Assembly: GCA_021735655.1 (NCBI GenBank)
Contig: JAIPGM010000001.1
Location: 277,262 to 341,261 of the forward strand
Direction: 5' to 3'
Origin: Candidatus Omnitrophota bacterium
Lineage (GTDB): Bacteria; Omnitrophota; Gorgyraeia; Duberdicusellales; 4484-171
Length of the DNA stretch: 64,000 nt
Shown: in pieces, positions 18,816-28,424 of the stretch
Numbering within the stretch: position 1 is the stretch's first letter
Layout: each line of letters begins with the position of its first letter
Translations under genes and position numbers: made by a program
Notes under the pieces: model-generated
What the model saw: only the letters and a program-made list of their open reading frames with translations
The model's database searches: none
What the model was told of the DNA's origin: nothing

Positions 18816-19735
18816 AAAATTGCCTTTTTATGCTCCTCTTTTTTATTATTCTGAGTTTAATCGGAATATCTGCTTTTCCATTTTCAGAAAATTACATCGA
18901 ATTTAACTTAAACAATAGAGAAATAAAATTAGTAGACTTTAACCTTGGTGATTATGCTCTAAGTGGAGATTTTTCGCTGGGCAGCTATCAAGATCAAGGT
19001 TCTTTGATTTACGAGGTTGAGGGGCGTAACGTTTCTATTGGTGCTTCGGAGGGGTCGTCTTTGACCTTCGGTGATAAAACAATACCTTGGCTTGCGCTTA
19101 AAGCAGTAAAACGGGGTGAGGTTATTTTTATCGAGCAACTTTGTTGGCCGCAAGCTTTAATCAAAGGGAGTATTGACTTAGCTAAGTCTAATTTTTCTTT
19201 GGATATTAATACCGAGTGGGATGCGGCAAATCAGTTTTTAGAGGGGCACTTAAAAGTTTCGGCTAAGGCTTGGGGCAGTAGTAGTAATTTTTCACTCAGC
19301 GGTTTTTTAACTATTGACCAGGGGACCTATAAGGGTAGGGAGTTTGCCCATTTACGTTTAGATCTTTTGGGGAAACCACCGGTACTCAATATTACTGATT
19401 CAGAGTTTGTTATGACTGATGGTACGGTAGCAACTCTTGAAGGAGATAAAGTTCTAGATTTAAGAAATCTGTATAGCTATATACCACAAGCCGAATATCG
19501 GGCTAAAAAGGCCTTTATTGATGAGTGGCAACTCTTTTCGGAAGATGAAAGTAGGTTCGGATTAAAGAAAAGTCTTGATGAGAATATAGATGTTTCGGTT
19601 GGAACCGACAAACAAGAAGATTCAGCTTCGCCTGACACCGAGTTGCGTTACAGGATGAAAGATGATAAGTATTTGAAGCTAAAAATGCAAGAAAATAGCA
19701 CCGTTATTGGTATTGAAAAGCGAAGGGATTTTTGA
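18812..19735 (+). CDS. hypothetical secreted protein, translationally coupled between clpC and mlaE
   Basis: Signal peptide. ATGA overlaps at both ends. No recognisable family. Confidence 0.35.
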   Translation: MKNCLFMLLFFIILSLIGISAFPFSENYIEFNLNNREIKLVDFNLGDYALSGDFSLGSYQDQGSLIYEVEGRNVSIGASEGSSLTFGDKTIPWLALKAVKRGEVIFIEQLCWPQALIKGSIDLAKSNFSLDINTEWDAANQFLEGHLKVSAKAWGSSSNFSLSGFLTIDQGTYKGREFAHLRLDLLGKPPVLNITDSEFVMTDGTVATLEGDKVLDLRNLYSYIPQAEYRAKKAFIDEWQLFSEDESRFGLKKSLDENIDVSVGTDKQEDSASPDTELRYRMKDDKYLKLKMQENSTVIGIEKRRDF

Positions 19736-20499
19736 TGAGCCTATTGAAATCAGTTGGCCAATTATTTCATTATTTGGGTAGTTTGGGATTTTTCGCTAAA
19801 GATACCATTCGTTGGATTTTTATCAAAAAGCGCAGCTTAAGGGCAATTGGTAGAGAGATTGTCTTTATCGGTATCGATAGCCTGCCTTTGGTCTCGCTTA
19901 TTTCATTTTTTCTTGGAATAATTATTGCTTTTCAGACTGCTTATCAATTAAGAGCATTTCGTTCGGAAATTCAGCTGGCAACCTTAGTCGCTCTTTCGAT
20001 GGTTAGGGAGTTGGGCCCGGTTATCGGAGCATTAATCGTTGCCGCTAGAAGTGGTGCTTCAATCACTGCCGGGATTGGCTCGATGAAGATAAGTGAGCAA
20101 ATAGATGCTTTAGAGACTTTCGGGGTGGATCCGATAGATTATCTGGTTGTGCCTAAGTTTTTAGCTTTAGCAATTTGCATGCCGATTCTAATTATCTACG
20201 CTGATTGTATGGGGATAATCGGCGGTTATCTTGTCGGTACAACTAAGTTTGGAATTAGCCTCGGTTTATATTTTAGAATGACTTTTCAAGCTTTAGGCGG
20301 CCGAGATATTATGAGCGGCTTGGTTAAGAGTTTTTCCTTTGGCAGCATTATTGCTTTTGTATCTTGTTATGAAGGATTTCGTCCTTCTTCTTCGATTGAC
20401 GTATCGCGTTCAGTTACTCATTCGGTAGTGCGTTCGTTTATCTTTATTGTTGCTTTTGATTGTGTATTAACGGCACTTTTTTACTTTACTGGAGTATGA
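19732..20499 (+). CDS. mlaE: phospholipid ABC transporter permease
   Basis: MlaE/YrbE-family multi-TM permease. Confidence 0.8.
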   Translation: MMSLLKSVGQLFHYLGSLGFFAKDTIRWIFIKKRSLRAIGREIVFIGIDSLPLVSLISFFLGIIIAFQTAYQLRAFRSEIQLATLVALSMVRELGPVIGALIVAARSGASITAGIGSMKISEQIDALETFGVDPIDYLVVPKFLALAICMPILIIYADCMGIIGGYLVGTTKFGISLGLYFRMTFQALGGRDIMSGLVKSFSFGSIIAFVSCYEGFRPSSSIDVSRSVTHSVVRSFIFIVAFDCVLTALFYFTGV

Positions 20500-21248
20500 T
20501 AAAAATAAGAGGAATAAGCAGGTCGTTTGGCGAAAAACAGATTCTAAAAGGAATCAACCTTACGGTTAATAAGGGGGAAACTTTCCTTTTGATTGGACGC
20601 AGTGGCGCCGGGAAAACTGTCCTTTTAAAGAATATTATCGGCTTGCTTCGACCGGATCATGGTACAATTTGCATTGATGATGTTGATATTACTCAGTTGA
20701 GCAAAAAGAAATTAGAAAAAGTAAGGTTAGAATTTGGTTTAGTTTTTCAAGGCAGTGCTTTGTTTGATTTTTTAAGTATCGAGGAAAATGTTGGATTTTT
20801 TCTTTATCAGCATACAACTTTGAGTAAACGGCAGATAAGAAAAAAGGTTACCGAAACATTAGCCTTGGTAGGGTTAAAGGGGATAGAAGATTCTTATCCT
20901 TATGAATTAAGTGGTGGAATGAGAAAGCGGGTTGCTATAGCTCGCTCAGTTATTTATAATCCGAAAATTATAATTTATGATGAGCCGACAACCGGAATTG
21001 ACCCGATCGCTGTTGACAAGATAGTTTCTTTAATTGAAGATCTCCATCGGCGCCTCGGGATTACCTCAGTAGTGGTAACGCATGATTTAGAAGTCGGCTT
21101 AAGGCTTGCGGATCGATTGGCTTTTCTGCTTGGTGGCAAGATAATATTTGAGGGCGATAAAGAAGATCTAAAAAATAGTAAAGACGACCGCCTTATTCAA
21201 TTCTTAAAAGGGTCTTCTGGAGGCCCAATACAGGAAATGGAGGTATAA
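20496..21248 (+). CDS. mlaF: phospholipid ABC transporter ATPase
   Basis: MIKIRGISRSFG..GRSGAGKT Walker A; LSGGMRKRVAIAR. ATG 20496 overlaps the mlaE stop. Confidence 0.8.
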   Translation: MIKIRGISRSFGEKQILKGINLTVNKGETFLLIGRSGAGKTVLLKNIIGLLRPDHGTICIDDVDITQLSKKKLEKVRLEFGLVFQGSALFDFLSIEENVGFFLYQHTTLSKRQIRKKVTETLALVGLKGIEDSYPYELSGGMRKRVAIARSVIYNPKIIIYDEPTTGIDPIAVDKIVSLIEDLHRRLGITSVVVTHDLEVGLRLADRLAFLLGGKIIFEGDKEDLKNSKDDRLIQFLKGSSGGPIQEMEV

Positions 21249-21250
21249 AT

Positions 21251-21967
21251 ATGACTGTAAAAAATCTTTGGGATAGGAAGAAAAATATCGTTTACATTAA
21301 AGTGGGGAGTTTTTTCTTAGGAGCGTTGATTATAGTATTCATTACACTGATTTCCTTGAAAGAGGTAAATATTTTTAAAGGTACCTATGAAGTGACGGTT
21401 ACCTTTGATTTTGCCGAAGGGTTAGCGAATGCTTCCCCGGTCCGTTTTTGCGGTGTAGACGTAGGTGAGGTAAGAACGGTAGTAGTTAAGGAGATTGGCG
21501 ATAAGCCGTTGGTATTTGTTTATGCGAAGATAGAAAAAGGAGTGAATATTCCTAAAGACTCCTATTTTTTTGTAAATAGTTTAAGCTTGTTCGGTGAAAA
21601 GTATCTAGAGATCGATCCGCCGCAAAAGGTAACTGCTTATATCCAAGAGGGTGATATTGTTGAAGGAATCTCTCCGGTTCCCTTGTTTGATATTTTTGCC
21701 AGTGCTTCCAAAACCATGAATGAGGTAAGAGCTTTTTTAAGAGAGGGCGAAATTAAACAGTCAGTTGCCAATATAGTTAATAATATTGAAGATGTTACTT
21801 TAGAAGTGAAGGGTTTACTTGAAGATATGAAGGACAAACAAGGGACCATCGGACGCTTGCTGTATGACGATTCACTTTATCAAACAACCGAGGAGTTTAT
21901 CGGAGATTTGAAGGCTCATCCTTGGAAGTTATTACATAAGCCTAAAGATCGCAAAAAAAGAAAATAG
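21251..21967 (+). CDS. mlaD: MCE-domain periplasmic substrate-binding protein
   Basis: N-terminal TM helix plus an MCE domain (GTYEVTVTFDFAEGL..PVRFCGVDVGEV). Confidence 0.7.
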   Translation: MTVKNLWDRKKNIVYIKVGSFFLGALIIVFITLISLKEVNIFKGTYEVTVTFDFAEGLANASPVRFCGVDVGEVRTVVVKEIGDKPLVFVYAKIEKGVNIPKDSYFFVNSLSLFGEKYLEIDPPQKVTAYIQEGDIVEGISPVPLFDIFASASKTMNEVRAFLREGEIKQSVANIVNNIEDVTLEVKGLLEDMKDKQGTIGRLLYDDSLYQTTEEFIGDLKAHPWKLLHKPKDRKKRK

Positions 21968-22067
21968 GAAATTTTAGAAGGTAGTTAATTGATTAAAGAT
22001 GCAGTCTTTATCACGTCGGTTTTAGTATTAACTACTTACCAATTACCAATTATTCAATTATATAATC

Positions 22068-23393
22068 ATGTTTAATTGTTCCGGATGCGGGTATCAATCG
22101 GTTAAATGGTTGGGCAAATGCCCTACTTGCCAAGGCTGGGAGACTTTTGTTGAGGAGGTAAAAAAAACCTCCGGTGGCGTTAGAAAGGAGAAGCGTTTAC
22201 CTCAACTTATCGGTGAAATAGATTCAAAAGAGCTATCGCGGATCGAAACCGGAATTGGGGAGTTTGATCGAATGCTCGGCGGTGGGCTTGTTCCCGGCGA
22301 GGTAGTGCTTATTGGTGGTGAGCCCGGCGTAGGCAAGTCAACTCTTTTGCTGGAAGTGGCTGCCCGTCTCACCAAAAATGGTAAGACTCTCTATGTTAGT
22401 GCTGAAGAGTCAATTGAGCAGCTAACTCTTAGAACTAAACGTTTTCAAAGCGATACCAAAAAACTTTATATTCTTGATGAAGACAATGTTGAATATATCT
22501 ATAAAGCGATTCAGGAGAATGGATTCAAATTTGTGGTAATTGATTCGATTCAGGTAGTTTATTATCCGCAACTTGATGGTTCCAAGGGAAGCATCTCTCA
22601 GATTAGAGGCTGCACTGATTACCTTACTCAGATAGCCAAAACCTTGGGAATTGTTATTTTTATGGTTGGCCATGTTACTAAGGATGGTGCAATTGCTGGG
22701 CCTAAAGTACTTGAACATATTGTCGATTGTGTTCTTTATTTTGAAGGTGAATCACTTTCGAATTATCGTATTTTACGGTCAATGAAGAATAGGTTTGGAC
22801 CGACTGGGGATTTAGCTGTTTTTGAGATGAAATCAATTGGGTTAGCGGAGGTTAAGAAGACCACTGATATTTTTCTTCCTCATCGTGAGCAATCATTTCC
22901 GGGGAGCTGTGTTGTTTGTGTAATTGAAGGGTTGCGACCATTGTTGATTGAGCTTCAATCTTTAGTCAGTCGGGCTTCTTTTGGAGTGGCCCGTCGAAGA
23001 AGTCTTGGTTTTGATTTCAACCGGTTTTCACTTTTGGTGGCGATTATTGAAAAACGCTTAAAATTATCTCTTTCCAGCGAAGATATTTTTTTAAATGTTG
23101 CCGGGGGCTTGAGACTTAATGACCCCGCAGCAGATTTTGGTGCAGTGATGGCAATTATATCTAGCTTTCGGGATAAGAATTTACCTCCCGAGACGCTTTT
23201 TATCGGAGAGGTAGGGCTGGCCGGTGAGCTGCGGCGTGTTTCTAACATAAATTTGCGACTGAAGGAAGCTCAAAGAGCTGATTTTAAATATTGTATAATT
23301 CCTGAGCCTAACCTAAAGGAGGTGGATAAAGGTTTTAGTTCAAGAATTAAAAGTTATGGTTGTCTAAAAGAGGCAGTGAAAGAGGTATTCTGA
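22068..23393 (+). CDS. radA: DNA repair protein RadA/Sms
   Basis: N-terminal C4 zinc finger CSGCG..CPTCQ; RecA-like GEPGVGKST; Lon-like C-terminal domain. Confidence 0.9.
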   Translation: MFNCSGCGYQSVKWLGKCPTCQGWETFVEEVKKTSGGVRKEKRLPQLIGEIDSKELSRIETGIGEFDRMLGGGLVPGEVVLIGGEPGVGKSTLLLEVAARLTKNGKTLYVSAEESIEQLTLRTKRFQSDTKKLYILDEDNVEYIYKAIQENGFKFVVIDSIQVVYYPQLDGSKGSISQIRGCTDYLTQIAKTLGIVIFMVGHVTKDGAIAGPKVLEHIVDCVLYFEGESLSNYRILRSMKNRFGPTGDLAVFEMKSIGLAEVKKTTDIFLPHREQSFPGSCVVCVIEGLRPLLIELQSLVSRASFGVARRRSLGFDFNRFSLLVAIIEKRLKLSLSSEDIFLNVAGGLRLNDPAADFGAVMAIISSFRDKNLPPETLFIGEVGLAGELRRVSNINLRLKEAQRADFKYCIIPEPNLKEVDKGFSSRIKSYGCLKEAVKEVF

Positions 23394-23451
23394 GTGAAAA
23401 AAGTATTCATTAATCAATTCTGCAAAAAGCAGACATGCTGAGGAGGTTTTT

Positions 23452-24438
23452 ATGGGTTTATTTTTTTTAAGAATCTTGTTTATTTTAATTTTTATCGGAA
23501 TGGGTTATGTTCTGGGCGGAACCGATTCAATATTTTTTGCGGCAATCGGCGCTGCGGTTGGTATCGTTGTCGTTCTCTTTGAGGTGTTTGCCCGGCGAGT
23601 TTCCTTAAAAGGCTTATCTAGCGCAGTATTTGGAATAATGCTGGGGCTTTTGTTGGCTTGGATATTTTCTGAAACCTTAAACCAATTTTCATCATCTCCA
23701 GATTTCCCTTCCCAAGTAGTTAATAATATTAGAATATTTGTCACTTTCATCTTTGTTTACTTGGGACTCACCTTAGGCCTAAAAGGCAAAGATGACTTCC
23801 ATTTAATTATTCCTTATATTAAGTTTAAACGTCAAGAGTTGAAGGAAGAAATTATTGTCATGGATACTAGTGTTATTATTGACGGAAGGATACTAGATCT
23901 TGTGAAGACTAGGTTTATCGAAGCTAAGTTTTTAGTTCCTCGGTTTGTACTTAATGAACTTCATGCTTTGAGTGATTCCACTGATCATATGAAACGCCAA
24001 AAGGGGAAGCGGGGTATTGAAATTCTACATTCTTTAAAACAAGAGCCAAACATTGACGTTGAAATATATGATAAGCCGGTAGAAGGGGTTAAAAGTGTAG
24101 ATGAGAAGATTATCCGTTTGGGTCAAGAGCAAGATGCTAAGGTCATGACCACTGATTATAATTTAAACCGGATAGCTCAGTTGCAGGGCGTAGGTGTTTT
24201 AAATATCAATGATTTAGCTAATGCTTTGAAGCCAACTTTTGTTGCCGGTCAGCGTTTTCAACTCAAGTTGATAAAAGAAGGTAAGGAACAGAGCCAGGCT
24301 ATAGGTTACCTAGAGGACGGAACTATGGTTGTGGTTGAGGGTGGTCGACGCTTAATCGGTAAAATTGTAACTATTGAGGTTACTTCGATTTTACAGAGTT
24401 CAAGCGGAAGAATTGTGTTTACAAAATTAGCAAAGTAG
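23452..24438 (+). CDS. PIN/TRAM-domain membrane-anchored protein (YacL-like)
   Basis: N-terminal TM helices, a PIN domain (IIVMDTSVIIDGR) and a C-terminal TRAM-like barrel. Sits downstream of radA as in Bacillus. Confidence 0.7.
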   Translation: MGLFFLRILFILIFIGMGYVLGGTDSIFFAAIGAAVGIVVVLFEVFARRVSLKGLSSAVFGIMLGLLLAWIFSETLNQFSSSPDFPSQVVNNIRIFVTFIFVYLGLTLGLKGKDDFHLIIPYIKFKRQELKEEIIVMDTSVIIDGRILDLVKTRFIEAKFLVPRFVLNELHALSDSTDHMKRQKGKRGIEILHSLKQEPNIDVEIYDKPVEGVKSVDEKIIRLGQEQDAKVMTTDYNLNRIAQLQGVGVLNINDLANALKPTFVAGQRFQLKLIKEGKEQSQAIGYLEDGTMVVVEGGRRLIGKIVTIEVTSILQSSSGRIVFTKLAK

Positions 24439-24441
24439 GTA

Positions 24442-25104
24442 ATGAACCTTGGCGTAGTAATTGTTTCTGCTGGCATTGGCACGCGGCTCGGAAAGCGAGA
24501 TAAGCCAATTTTAAAGTTAGGCTCGAAGCCTCTTTTTTCCCATAGCTTAGAAGTTTTTAAAAGTCTAAAACAGGTAAAGCAGATTGTTTTGGTGTTGAGA
24601 AAGAGCCATTTTCGTTTAGCTCGAAAGTTTATTCAAGACGGCCGAGTGATTTTAGTTGAGGGTGGCGCACGGAGAAGAGATTCAGTATATAACGGTTTGT
24701 TGGCTTTAGACGGCGGTATTGATTCGGTTCTTGTCCACGACGGAGCCAGGCCGCTGATAAGTAGAGAACTAGTAATTAAGGTAATCAAAGCACTTAAAAT
24801 TAATCCGGCAGTAATTTTAGGAGTTAAAGCTACTGATACCTTGAAGTTGACTAAAGGAAAGATTATCAAAAAGACTGTTAAGCGGGATGATTTTTATTGT
24901 GCTCAAACCCCGCAAGGTTTTAGAAAAGATTTAATAGTCGAGGCTTATAAAAAGTTTAAGTCAAAAGCAATCACCGATAGTGCCCAGGCGGTTGAGCTTT
25001 TAGGTAAGCGAGTTAAAATCGTAGAGGGGGATAGATATAATATTAAAATAACCTATCCCCAAGATATAGCTTTAGCTGAAGCTATATATAGACTTAAGAG
25101 GTGA
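24442..25104 (+). CDS. ispD: 2-C-methyl-D-erythritol 4-phosphate cytidylyltransferase
   Basis: VIVSAGIGTRLG N-terminal motif. Confidence 0.85.
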   Translation: MNLGVVIVSAGIGTRLGKRDKPILKLGSKPLFSHSLEVFKSLKQVKQIVLVLRKSHFRLARKFIQDGRVILVEGGARRRDSVYNGLLALDGGIDSVLVHDGARPLISRELVIKVIKALKINPAVILGVKATDTLKLTKGKIIKKTVKRDDFYCAQTPQGFRKDLIVEAYKKFKSKAITDSAQAVELLGKRVKIVEGDRYNIKITYPQDIALAEAIYRLKR

Positions 25105-25110
25105 AAGGAT

Positions 25111-25587
25111 ATGAATGGTTATCAAGTTGGTTTGGGGTTTGATGTTCATAAATTTAGCACAAAGAAGAAAAGCTTAATTCTGGGCGGGATGAAGATTCCG
25201 GCTGCCTTTAGTCTTGAAGCAGTTTCTGATGGAGATTTAATATTACATGCAGTAAGTGATTCGATACTTGGCGCAGCTGGTTTAGGCGACATCGGTGATT
25301 ATTTTCCTCCTGAGAGCAAGCAGTCAAAGAATATCGATAGCATAGATATCACTCGCTTTGTGCTTAAAAAAATCGGCGGCAAATACAAAATTGAGAATGT
25401 TGATATTATTATCGTAGCCGATAAACCTCGTCTAGTTAAGTATAAACAGGCAATTACTAAATCTTTGAGGAAGATCCTAGTAACAGTAAATGTGAACCTA
25501 AAGATTAAATCGAAAGAGGGCCAAAACATTCTTGGTACCAAAAATGGTATGAGCTGTTTAGCTGTAGCTCTTTTGAAGGAAAAATGA
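25111..25587 (+). CDS. ispF: 2-C-methyl-D-erythritol 2,4-cyclodiphosphate synthase
   Basis: GFDVHKF..SDGDLILHAVSDSILGAAGLGDIG motifs. Confidence 0.85.
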   Translation: MNGYQVGLGFDVHKFSTKKKSLILGGMKIPAAFSLEAVSDGDLILHAVSDSILGAAGLGDIGDYFPPESKQSKNIDSIDITRFVLKKIGGKYKIENVDIIIVADKPRLVKYKQAITKSLRKILVTVNVNLKIKSKEGQNILGTKNGMSCLAVALLKEK

Positions 25588-26987
25588 GTATCAAAATATA
25601 TAATTCGCTGAGCAGGAAAAAGGAAGAGTTTAAACCTTTGAGAAAAGGTAAGGTTTCAATGTATGTTTGCGGTCCGACCGTTTATGGCGAGCCGCACATC
25701 GGACACGTGCGCAGCGCCTATATATTTGATGTTATTCGACGCTATTTTGAATCTAAAAAATACAAAGTTAAATTTGTTAGGAATGTAACCGATATTGACG
25801 ATAAGATAATTAATAAGGCCAAGGAAGAATTTAAAAATGAGGATATAAATATCGCAGTTAAGAAGGTTTCAGAAAAGTATCTTAAGGCTTATCATGAATG
25901 TATAGATGAATTGGGAATAAAGAAACCTACCCATGAACCAAAGGCTACTGAATATATCAAGAAGATGATAGCTTTTATACAAAAGTTAATCAAAAAAGGC
26001 GTTGCTTATGAGTCAGGAGGAGATGTCTATTTTGATATCACCAAGGCTATCGGCTATGGTAAATTATCTAACCAGAGCTTAGAGATGTTGGAGTCAGGAT
26101 CGAAAAAAGATCAAATCGGGATTAAGCATAACCAGTTAGATTTTGCTCTTTGGAAGAAGGCCAAACCTGATGAACGCAGTTGGAATAGTCCTTGGGGACA
26201 GGGGCGCCCGGGTTGGCATATTGAATGCTCGGTTATGAGTTCTGATATTTTAGGCAGTCAGTTTGATATCCATGGCGGAGGAATTGATCTTATTTTTCCT
26301 CATCATGAAAATGAAATCGCTCAATCTGAAGGCGCCGGCGGAAAATTTGCTAGGTATTGGATTCATAATGGTCTTTTGACAATTAATAAAGAGAAGATGG
26401 CTAAATCATTAGGCAATTTTATTACTATTAATGAGCTAGAAGATCGAGGCTACCCTCTAGATGTGCTTAAACTTTTATTTTTGCAAAGTCATTATTCACA
26501 TCCGGTAGATTTTACTTGGGAAAGAATGGAGGAGTTAAAGAAAGCTTACGAAAGAATTTTGATATTGGTCGATAAGGCTAAGGGTGTCCAGAGTGGTCTT
26601 GGAGAGGAAGGTATGCTTATGTATAAACAGCAGTTTACTGAAGCGATGGATGATGATTTTAATGCCGCAAAGGCTTTAGCTGTATTATTTGATTTAGTTG
26701 CAAGGTGTAATAAACTTTTAGAAAGCGACCAGGAGAATAAACAATTCATGCTTCGCCGTGGGGTAGAACTAATAAAAGAAATGGGAGGTATTCTTGGGCT
26801 TAGCTTTAAACAGGAGATAGCTAAAGGAGTGTCGGTTGAGGAGATAGATGAGAAGGTTAAACTTAGGTCAGAGTGTAAGCAGAAGAAAAAGTTTGACCAG
26901 GCTGATTCAATCAGGAAAGACTTAGAAGCTAAAGGAATCATTTTAGAAGACACTAAGGATGGAACAACATGGCGAAGAAAGCTTTAA
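25584..26987 (+). CDS. cysS: cysteinyl-tRNA synthetase
   Basis: HIGH (PHIGH) and KMAKSLGN (KMSKS) class I motifs. Confidence 0.9.
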   Translation: MSIKIYNSLSRKKEEFKPLRKGKVSMYVCGPTVYGEPHIGHVRSAYIFDVIRRYFESKKYKVKFVRNVTDIDDKIINKAKEEFKNEDINIAVKKVSEKYLKAYHECIDELGIKKPTHEPKATEYIKKMIAFIQKLIKKGVAYESGGDVYFDITKAIGYGKLSNQSLEMLESGSKKDQIGIKHNQLDFALWKKAKPDERSWNSPWGQGRPGWHIECSVMSSDILGSQFDIHGGGIDLIFPHHENEIAQSEGAGGKFARYWIHNGLLTINKEKMAKSLGNFITINELEDRGYPLDVLKLLFLQSHYSHPVDFTWERMEELKKAYERILILVDKAKGVQSGLGEEGMLMYKQQFTEAMDDDFNAAKALAVLFDLVARCNKLLESDQENKQFMLRRGVELIKEMGGILGLSFKQEIAKGVSVEEIDEKVKLRSECKQKKKFDQADSIRKDLEAKGIILEDTKDGTTWRRKL

Positions 26988-27601
26988 AAGCCAAGAAAAA
27001 AGCAATTTTTATTACCATTGAAGGGCTAGAAGGTTGTGGAAAAAGCAGCGTTATAAAATTTTTAAATAATTTTTTAAGGCGGAAAAAGTTTTCGGTTAAA
27101 ATTTATCGTGAGCCAGGCTCAACCGCAATCGGTGAAAAGATCCGAAAAATTCTTTTAGATAAAAAGAACAAGAAATTGTCGGCACACACAGAACTCTTGT
27201 TATATTTAGCAGCCAGAACCCAGCTCATCGAGGAGGAGTTAGAAAAAAGCCTGTTGAAATATGATTTTGTTATTTGTGATCGTTTTTTTGATTCTACTCT
27301 AGTTTACCAAGGCTTTGCTCTTGGCTTAAAGAAAGCTACTGAACTTTCAGTTAAAATATTTTCTTTAGGAATTAAGCCGGATTTAACATTTTATCTTGAT
27401 CTTCCGGCAAAAAAAGGCCTTAGTCGCTTAAAGACGCGTGATCGGATCGAGTCGCGGCCTTTAAATTTTCATAATAAGCTACGCAAAGGATTCTTACAGC
27501 TTTCAAAAAGATATCCTCGCCGGATAAAAACTATTGATGCCCGCGGAGATTTAGAAAGTATCTATAAAAAAATAAGCAGAATTTTAGTCAAGTATTGTTA
27601 A
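26969..27601 (+). CDS. tmk: thymidylate kinase
   Basis: FITIEGLEGCGKSS P-loop. Confidence 0.85.
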   Translation: MAKKALKAKKKAIFITIEGLEGCGKSSVIKFLNNFLRRKKFSVKIYREPGSTAIGEKIRKILLDKKNKKLSAHTELLLYLAARTQLIEEELEKSLLKYDFVICDRFFDSTLVYQGFALGLKKATELSVKIFSLGIKPDLTFYLDLPAKKGLSRLKTRDRIESRPLNFHNKLRKGFLQLSKRYPRRIKTIDARGDLESIYKKISRILVKYC

Positions 27602-27631
27602 TTTTTAATAGTCGCCAAATTGACGCTTACG

Positions 27632-28414
27632 ATGGACCAAAGCCAAGAGTTATTTAGTTATTTCCATACCCTTAAAAAACATTCCTGCATTGGAGTCGGC
27701 TATACTTTTATCGGAGAGGACTTTTCGCAAGTTCCCGATATTATAAAATTGATAAATTGTCAAGATGCAGATCGTTTTTGTAATAGTTGCTGGGATTGCA
27801 AACGGATCGACGAGGCTAATCACCCGGATTTATTGACAATTGAGCCGCAGGGCTTAACTATAAAAATCGAAGCTATTCGTGAGGCGATTCGTTTTCTTTC
27901 TTTAAAAAGTTTTCGTCTAACACGTAAAGCTATAGTTATAAAAGGTGCCCAAAATTTAACTCCCCAGGCTGCAGCAGCATTTCTGAAGACTTTGGAGGAG
28001 GCCCCGGACAATTCTTTCATTGCTCTTTGTATGTCAAAATTAGACGGGGTTCCGGCAACAATTATCTCGCGTTGCCGGAAGATTTTCTTACCGTTTAGCC
28101 AAAATAGCCTAGTTTCGAGCGATCGGGAACTTATTTTTGATCTTTTCGCCGGCCGGGATCTGTTTTTTAAGGACCGTAAGGAATTTTCTGTTTTCTTATG
28201 GGGACTAATTGCTTTGCTGCATACTGATTTATTGGTAAAAAAGGGTGGGCGAAATAATCAGTTGTCTAATTATAAGGAATGTGCGATAATTTTAAATTCT
28301 TACAGTCCGTCCCGAATCAGCAGTATTTTAGAGGATTTATTGAAAATTTACAGTGCTCATGGTAGCGTGAATATTAATTTAGCCCTGAATTTAATAAAGG
28401 CTAAACTAAAATAA
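27632..28414 (+). CDS. holB: DNA polymerase III delta' subunit
   Basis: AAA-like clamp-loader fold with a CxxC zinc module. ATG 27632 (track ORF starts at TTG 27620). Confidence 0.65.
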   Translation: MDQSQELFSYFHTLKKHSCIGVGYTFIGEDFSQVPDIIKLINCQDADRFCNSCWDCKRIDEANHPDLLTIEPQGLTIKIEAIREAIRFLSLKSFRLTRKAIVIKGAQNLTPQAAAAFLKTLEEAPDNSFIALCMSKLDGVPATIISRCRKIFLPFSQNSLVSSDRELIFDLFAGRDLFFKDRKEFSVFLWGLIALLHTDLLVKKGGRNNQLSNYKECAIILNSYSPSRISSILEDLLKIYSAHGSVNINLALNLIKAKLK

Positions 28415-28424
28415 GGAAAAGATA

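Noticed and set aside
22036-22066. TTACCAA direct repeats and a TATAAT 2 nt upstream of the radA ATG, as a possible leaderless promoter.
   Set aside because: A -10 ending 2 nt before the ATG would place the TSS inside the gene. RadA clearly starts at the zinc-finger Met. The TATAAT is probably fortuitous AT-rich sequence.
26546-26953. 135-aa minus-strand ORF inside cysS. Similar antisense ORFs occur at 12734..13108, 48587..49060, 16835..17128, 17837..18094, 6377..6906, 22422..23248 and 41998..42351.
   Set aside because: Each lies entirely within a well-supported plus-strand gene whose motifs match its family. They give low-complexity or Ser/Leu-rich translations and have no RBS. They are spurious antisense frames.
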